DNA from: Bdellovibrionales bacterium RIFOXYD12_FULL_39_22
Lineage (GTDB): Bacteria; Bdellovibrionota; Bacteriovoracia; Bacteriovoracales; Bacteriovoracaceae
NCBI GenBank assembly: GCA_001770205.1
Contig: MEQL01000054.1
Location: 1 to 64,000 of the forward strand
DNA: 64,000 nucleotides
Direction: 5' to 3'
Below, piece by piece: positions 59,147 through 64,000 of the stretch. The translations under genes were made by a program, and so were the position numbers. Each line of letters begins with the position of its first letter. Positions within the stretch are counted from its first letter, which is position 1. The notes beneath the pieces were generated by a model. The model saw only the letters and a program-made list of their open reading frames with translations, had not been told where the DNA came from and did no database searches.

Positions 59147-59821
59147 TTACGGCATATCAATGCTGGTAACGTAATCTAAACATTGTGTCAGCAACTCTGA
59201 TTTTGGATAAAGTTTTAACCCTGCCCGATATGTCTCTATTGCCTTAATAAGATTTCCATTTTTTTGATACATCTTGCCTAAATGGTAGTAGGCGACGGCA
59301 TTTCTTTTGGTCAACTTCAGCACATGCTCGAAGCACTTGATTGCATTTTCCGTATCCCCAATTTCCTCGTAGGATAGTCCCAGCTCACAGGCCACGATCG
59401 ACCACTCTGGCGATTCTCGTAAAAGTTCCGAATATATGGCAATAACTTTCCCGTGTTCAAATTCGAATTTATGGCACTTTCCTAACCAATAATGTGCCAT
59501 TTTCATATTAGGTTCAAGCGCAATAACCCTTTCAAAAGCAACCTTGGCCGCTTCAAAATTGGCCTTATAAAACTCACAAATCCCCAGTTCATAGAAGGCC
59601 ATCGCATTTTGGCCATCGATGGCCGTTACTAAGCGAAAGCCCTCTGCCGCCACCATGGTGTTTCCACGCAAAAAGTTAATGCGACTTAAAAATTGGTGCA
59701 AACTAGTACTTTCAGGGTGCTTGGCAATCAACGTTTTTAAGGCAGAAAGAACCCGTTCAGGCTCGTGAAGATTCATCAAATCATCCAACGTTAATCCTTC
59801 TAATTCTGTTAATGCTACCAT
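59147..59821 (-). CDS. tetratricopeptide repeat protein
   Basis: Repeated A.Y.LG...A...F..V....P units. Confidence 0.88.
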   Translation of the reverse strand: MVALTELEGLTLDDLMNLHEPERVLSALKTLIAKHPESTSLHQFLSRINFLRGNTMVAAEGFRLVTAIDGQNAMAFYELGICEFYKANFEAAKVAFERVIALEPNMKMAHYWLGKCHKFEFEHGKVIAIYSELLRESPEWSIVACELGLSYEEIGDTENAIKCFEHVLKLTKRNAVAYYHLGKMYQKNGNLIKAIETYRAGLKLYPKSELLTQCLDYVTSIDMP

Positions 59822-60091
59822 AAAACTCCCTCTGAACATCGCACTAGGCACTGCTAAACATTATCTAGATATAAAAAGGATAACCACTCGGAGTACTCCC
59901 GTCAATCATCAAATCATCAGAAAATATTAAAGAGATAAATCTCTTCTTGCCTCAGCATGAGCATCATATTATTATGTTCTACTCTTCTGTAATTTAACTG
60001 TAGCAAAGTGCAACTCCAAAGCAATTTATATAAGTAAATTATAGGTAATTTATAAACTTCAACCCGATATATAACCATGAGGAAGGCGCAG

Positions 60092-61321
60092 ATGAAAAAA
60101 ATCAAAGTAGCAAACCCGGTAGTAGAACTTGATGGCGATGAAATGACCAGAATTATCTGGAAATTTATCAAAGACAAACTTATTCACCCATACCTCGATA
60201 TTGACATAAAATATTACGATCTTGGCATTGAAAATCGTGACAAGACCGAAGATAAAGTAACGGTTGAAGCGGCCGAGGCCATAAAAAAATATAACGTAGG
60301 AATTAAGTGCGCCACGATCACCCCCGACGAAGAGCGAGTAAAAGAATTCAACCTCAAAAAAATGTGGAAATCACCCAATGGTACCATCCGAAATATTTTA
60401 GATGGTACCGTTTTTAGAGAACCAATTATCTGCAAAAATGTTCCCCGCCTAGTTCCTGGCTGGACAAAACCTGTCTGCATTGGCCGTCACGCGCACGGAG
60501 ATCAATACAAGGCCACCGACTTTGTAACTAAGGGAAAAGGAAAACTTACGATAACTTTTACCCCAGAAGGTGGCGCTCCACAAACTCATGAAGTAAATAA
60601 CTATAAGGGCGATGGAGTTGCCTTGGCCATGTTCAATACCGATGAATCAATCGCCGGTTTTGCCCGCAGCTGCTTTAATATGGCCTTAAGTAAAGGATGG
60701 CCGCTATATCTTTCTACTAAAAATACTATCCTTAAGCAGTACGATGGCCGCTTCAAAGATATTTTTCAGGAAATTTACGAACAAGAGTACAAATCAAAAT
60801 TTAGCTCAAAAAAAATCACCTATGAACATCGCTTAATTGACGACATGGTTGCTCAATGTCTAAAGTGGAATGGCGAATACGTTTGGGCCTGTAAAAATTA
60901 TGATGGCGACGTGCAGTCAGACACCGTAGCGCAAGGTTATGGTTCATTAGGACTTATGACCTCCGTCCTTATGACACCAGACGGGAAAACCATTGAGGCC
61001 GAAGCTGCTCACGGAACCGTCACCAGACATTATCGTGATCATCAAAAAGGTAAGTCCACCTCCACAAATCCTATCGCCTCTATCTTTGCCTGGACTCGCG
61101 GATTAGCATTCCGAGGAAAACTAGACAACAACCAAGAATTAATAAAATTTGCCGATACACTAGAGCATGTCTGCATAGAAACAGTTGAGTCCGGACAAAT
61201 GACCAAGGACTTGGCACTATGTATTCATGGAAATAAACTAAATGATTCACACTATCTAACAACAGAAAAATTTCTAGATGCACTAGATAGAAATTTACAG
61301 GCAAAATATAACAATAAATAA
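60092..61321 (+). CDS. icd: NADP-dependent isocitrate dehydrogenase
   Basis: [47 protein letters not shown]. Confidence 0.97.
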   Translation: MKKIKVANPVVELDGDEMTRIIWKFIKDKLIHPYLDIDIKYYDLGIENRDKTEDKVTVEAAEAIKKYNVGIKCATITPDEERVKEFNLKKMWKSPNGTIRNILDGTVFREPIICKNVPRLVPGWTKPVCIGRHAHGDQYKATDFVTKGKGKLTITFTPEGGAPQTHEVNNYKGDGVALAMFNTDESIAGFARSCFNMALSKGWPLYLSTKNTILKQYDGRFKDIFQEIYEQEYKSKFSSKKITYEHRLIDDMVAQCLKWNGEYVWACKNYDGDVQSDTVAQGYGSLGLMTSVLMTPDGKTIEAEAAHGTVTRHYRDHQKGKSTSTNPIASIFAWTRGLAFRGKLDNNQELIKFADTLEHVCIETVESGQMTKDLALCIHGNKLNDSHYLTTEKFLDALDRNLQAKYNNK

Positions 61322-61375
61322 GAAGGAATTATATATTAACAAACCCCAAATAACTAACAATTATAAGGAGCATTT

Positions 61376-62665
61376 ATGAGTGGCAAAAAGGCCAAAATCG
61401 AATTAGAGGGAAAAACTTACGAACTACCAACTTTTGAAGGATCTGAGGGCGAAAAGGCCGTTGACATCAGCTCCTTGCGCAACCAGTCCGGTTACATCAC
61501 CTATGATAATGGCTACGGAAATACTGGCTCTACCAAAAGTTCAATCACTTTTCTAGATGGAGAGAAAGGAATATTGCGCTATCGCGGATATAATATTGAT
61601 GAGCTTTGTGAGAAAGCATCTTTTCTAGAAGTGGCCTATCTACTTATCAATAAAGCTCTGCCAACAAAAACCCAACTGGATGCTTTTGAAAAAAATATTA
61701 AAGAGCACACCATGATCAACGAAGACTACAAGCACTATTTCGATGTATGGCCACGCTCCGCTCACCCCATGGGCATTTTGGCCTCGGCCATCAGCGGACT
61801 TGCCGCATTTTATGATGACTGCCTCAACCCCAATGACCAAAAACAAGCACATATCGCAACCATCCGCCTATTAGCAAAAATGCCGACCTTTGCCGCCTAT
61901 GCTTATAAAAAATCCATGGGCCAGCCTTTTATCTATCCTAAAAATAAATTAGGCTACTGCGGAAACTTTTTAAACATGATGTACTCCTGCCCAACTGACG
62001 AATATAAAGTTGATCCCGATATGGAACGGGCCTTAAATCAACTACTAATTATCCACGCAGACCATGAACAAAACTGTTCCACCTCTGCCGTTAAAGTCAT
62101 TGGAAGCAGCCAAGCAAATCTTTTTGCCGCTGTTGCCGGAGGAATCAATGCACTGTGGGGGCCACTACATGGCGGTGCCAATCAAGCGGTGCTAGAGATG
62201 CTTGAAGAAATTCATGTTAATGGAGGCGACGTAACAAAATATGTGGCCCGTGCTAAGGATAAAAATGACTCTTTTAAATTGATGGGCTTTGGCCATCGGG
62301 TTTACAAAAACTTTGATCCTCGGGCCACCATCATCAAACGCTCTTGCGATATCATCTTAAACAAGATGGGAATCCATGATCCACTTCTAGATATTGCTAA
62401 AAAACTCGAAGAGATCGCACTTAAAGATAGCTACTTCATTGAGAAGAAACTATATCCAAATGTTGATTTCTATTCCGGTATTATCTATAAGGCCATGGGC
62501 TTTCCAGTTAATATGTTCACAGTTTTATTCTCACTAGGAAGACTACCTGGTTGGATTGCTCAGTGGAAAGAGATGATTGAAGATCCTGAAAGTAAAATAG
62601 CACGGCCTCGTCAAATTTATACTGGTGAAAAACAGCGAAATATTGTTCCCATCATGGAGCGATAA
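61376..62665 (+). CDS. gltA: citrate synthase
   Basis: HADHEQN.ST, WGPLHGGAN, MGFGHRVYKNFDPR, YPNVDFYSG. Confidence 0.97.
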   Translation: MSGKKAKIELEGKTYELPTFEGSEGEKAVDISSLRNQSGYITYDNGYGNTGSTKSSITFLDGEKGILRYRGYNIDELCEKASFLEVAYLLINKALPTKTQLDAFEKNIKEHTMINEDYKHYFDVWPRSAHPMGILASAISGLAAFYDDCLNPNDQKQAHIATIRLLAKMPTFAAYAYKKSMGQPFIYPKNKLGYCGNFLNMMYSCPTDEYKVDPDMERALNQLLIIHADHEQNCSTSAVKVIGSSQANLFAAVAGGINALWGPLHGGANQAVLEMLEEIHVNGGDVTKYVARAKDKNDSFKLMGFGHRVYKNFDPRATIIKRSCDIILNKMGIHDPLLDIAKKLEEIALKDSYFIEKKLYPNVDFYSGIIYKAMGFPVNMFTVLFSLGRLPGWIAQWKEMIEDPESKIARPRQIYTGEKQRNIVPIMER

Positions 62666-62668
62666 CTT

Positions 62669-63421
62669 TTAGCTTATCCTTTCTCTAATCTGGGCGATAA
62701 TTTCATCGCCCAGAATGGGGATAAGCTTTTCCTTATTTGAACTAAAGGCCACCAAATTTCCAAAACTTTCCTCTACCGTTGAATAGCGATCTACTCCTAA
62801 TCCACAGGGATTTATCTTGGCAAGTTCAGCAAAAATAGTGTTATCAAATAAAACATTCAAGGCCAATCCATGATAAGTTACGAAGTGTTCCAGAGCAAAT
62901 CCGATTGAAGCTAATTTTTTATCCTTATGCCAAATTCCCAAAAGTGGCCTATCGTGAGACAGCGGGCCGCCCCCGCGCTTAAACAACACCTCTTCAACTA
63001 TTTGCGCCAAAAAATTAATTAAACTTTTTACACTAAACTCTCCATGGCCTAAATTGACAATCGGATAAATTATAAGCTGTCCTGGATAGTGAAAGGTTAT
63101 ACCTCCTCCTCGTTTAATTTGATGAGTAGGATAACAAAGCTTGCTGGCCTGCGCCCAGTCAAAATCAATCAATCCTGCCTGCTGCACCTCTTTGCCTTTC
63201 TGTAATCCTCTTCCCATGGTAAAGCAGTGCGGATGACTGCAGAGAATAAAGATCTTGATCTCTCTATTGATTCTTACCAACTGCACCATCTCCAATTGAA
63301 AGGCCAAGGCCTGTTGGTAGTCCCAGCTCCATTTAATAATAAAAAAAGTATCGTTTCCTTCAATTATCTGGCAGTGGTAAGTATCGGCCAATTTCAAAAT
63401 AAATTTTTTACTTGCTTCCAT
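62669..63421 (-). CDS. lipB: lipoyl(octanoyl) transferase
   Basis: RGGGITFHYPGQLIIYPI, KLASIG, HGLALN, INPCG. Confidence 0.92.
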   Translation of the reverse strand: MEASKKFILKLADTYHCQIIEGNDTFFIIKWSWDYQQALAFQLEMVQLVRINREIKIFILCSHPHCFTMGRGLQKGKEVQQAGLIDFDWAQASKLCYPTHQIKRGGGITFHYPGQLIIYPIVNLGHGEFSVKSLINFLAQIVEEVLFKRGGGPLSHDRPLLGIWHKDKKLASIGFALEHFVTYHGLALNVLFDNTIFAELAKINPCGLGVDRYSTVEESFGNLVAFSSNKEKLIPILGDEIIAQIRERIS

Positions 63422-64000
63422 TTTTTACTGCTAATGCATCGACATATTCGTGGGCCCGATAAGAACTTCTTACCATGGGCCCCGCGGCCACAAAAGAAAA
63501 CCCTAAATCATAAGCGGCCCTTTCTAGACGAGCAAACTCCTCCGGCGTGTAATATTTGGCCACAGATAAATGGGAACGTGATGGCCTTAAATATTGCCCT
63601 AACGTCACAATATCTACTCCCACATTGGCCAAATCTTGCATGGCCACAACAATCTCCTCAAAACTCTCCCCCAACCCGGCCATAAGGGAGGATTTGGTAG
63701 CAATATGTGGATAGTTACTTTTAAAAAATTTTAAGACAGAAAGCGAGAGATCATAATTGGCCCGCCGATCGCGTACTCGGGTAGTCTGAGAGCGAACTGT
63801 TTCTAGGTTGTGGGCAATCACAAAGGGTTGACTTCGGCCCAAGATATGTAAAGAGCTCTCTTCGCCCTTAAAGTCCGGGATTAGCACTTCCACCAAAAGT
63901 TTGTCATCCGACTCTTTCAAGGCCTGCACCACTTTAGCAAAATGCGCCGCCCCACCATCTTGTAAATCATCACGATCTACGCTGGTAACTACAATGTATC
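63408..64000 (-). CDS. lipA: lipoyl synthase, 3' part (continues beyond window)
   Basis: EVLIPDF, HNLETV, TKSSLM.GLGE, GQYLRP, GPMVRSSY. Confidence 0.95.
   Translation of the reverse strand, partial: YIVVTSVDRDDLQDGGAAHFAKVVQALKESDDKLLVEVLIPDFKGEESSLHILGRSQPFVIAHNLETVRSQTTRVRDRRANYDLSLSVLKFFKSNYPHIATKSSLMAGLGESFEEIVVAMQDLANVGVDIVTLGQYLRPSRSHLSVAKYYTPEEFARLERAAYDLGFSFVAAGPMVRSSYRAHEYVDALAVKNGSK

Noticed and set aside
380..63685. Numerous 60-150 aa antisense or alternative-frame ORFs in the track
   Set aside because: Shadows of well-supported genes with no independent motifs

Overview
AT-rich bacterial chromosomal window. Gene content (PilZ, vWA and GLUG lipoproteins, a giant Cys-rich surface protein, trypsin-like protease, secretin N-domain proteins) suggests Bdellovibrionota/Bacteriovorax-like origin; this is an inference. 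The left half (1-39 kb) is accessory: secreted and surface proteins, a 1960-aa adhesin-like lipoprotein with a split FGE/C-type-lectin domain, and several deletion pseudogenes. It also holds a ~5 kb repeat-bounded island (transposase remnant, toxin-antitoxin pair, two pairs of secreted-protein genes) between two outward-facing multiheme cytochrome c remnants, an ECF sigma/anti-sigma operon with two barrel-less secretin N-domain proteins, and a hypothetical-SNF2-SWIM triad. The right half is mostly housekeeping and signalling: yggS, pgsA, hrpB, GMP reductase-like, hpt, an SH3-M48-FadL-CHASE2 cyclase operon, a two-component pair, icd, gltA, lipB and partial lipA. No rRNA, tRNA, CRISPR array, integrase or reverse transcriptase was seen. 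Best candidate novel system: the ECF/anti-sigma/secretin-N operon at 31.9-34.6 kb. All family calls come from reading motifs by eye, without database searches.
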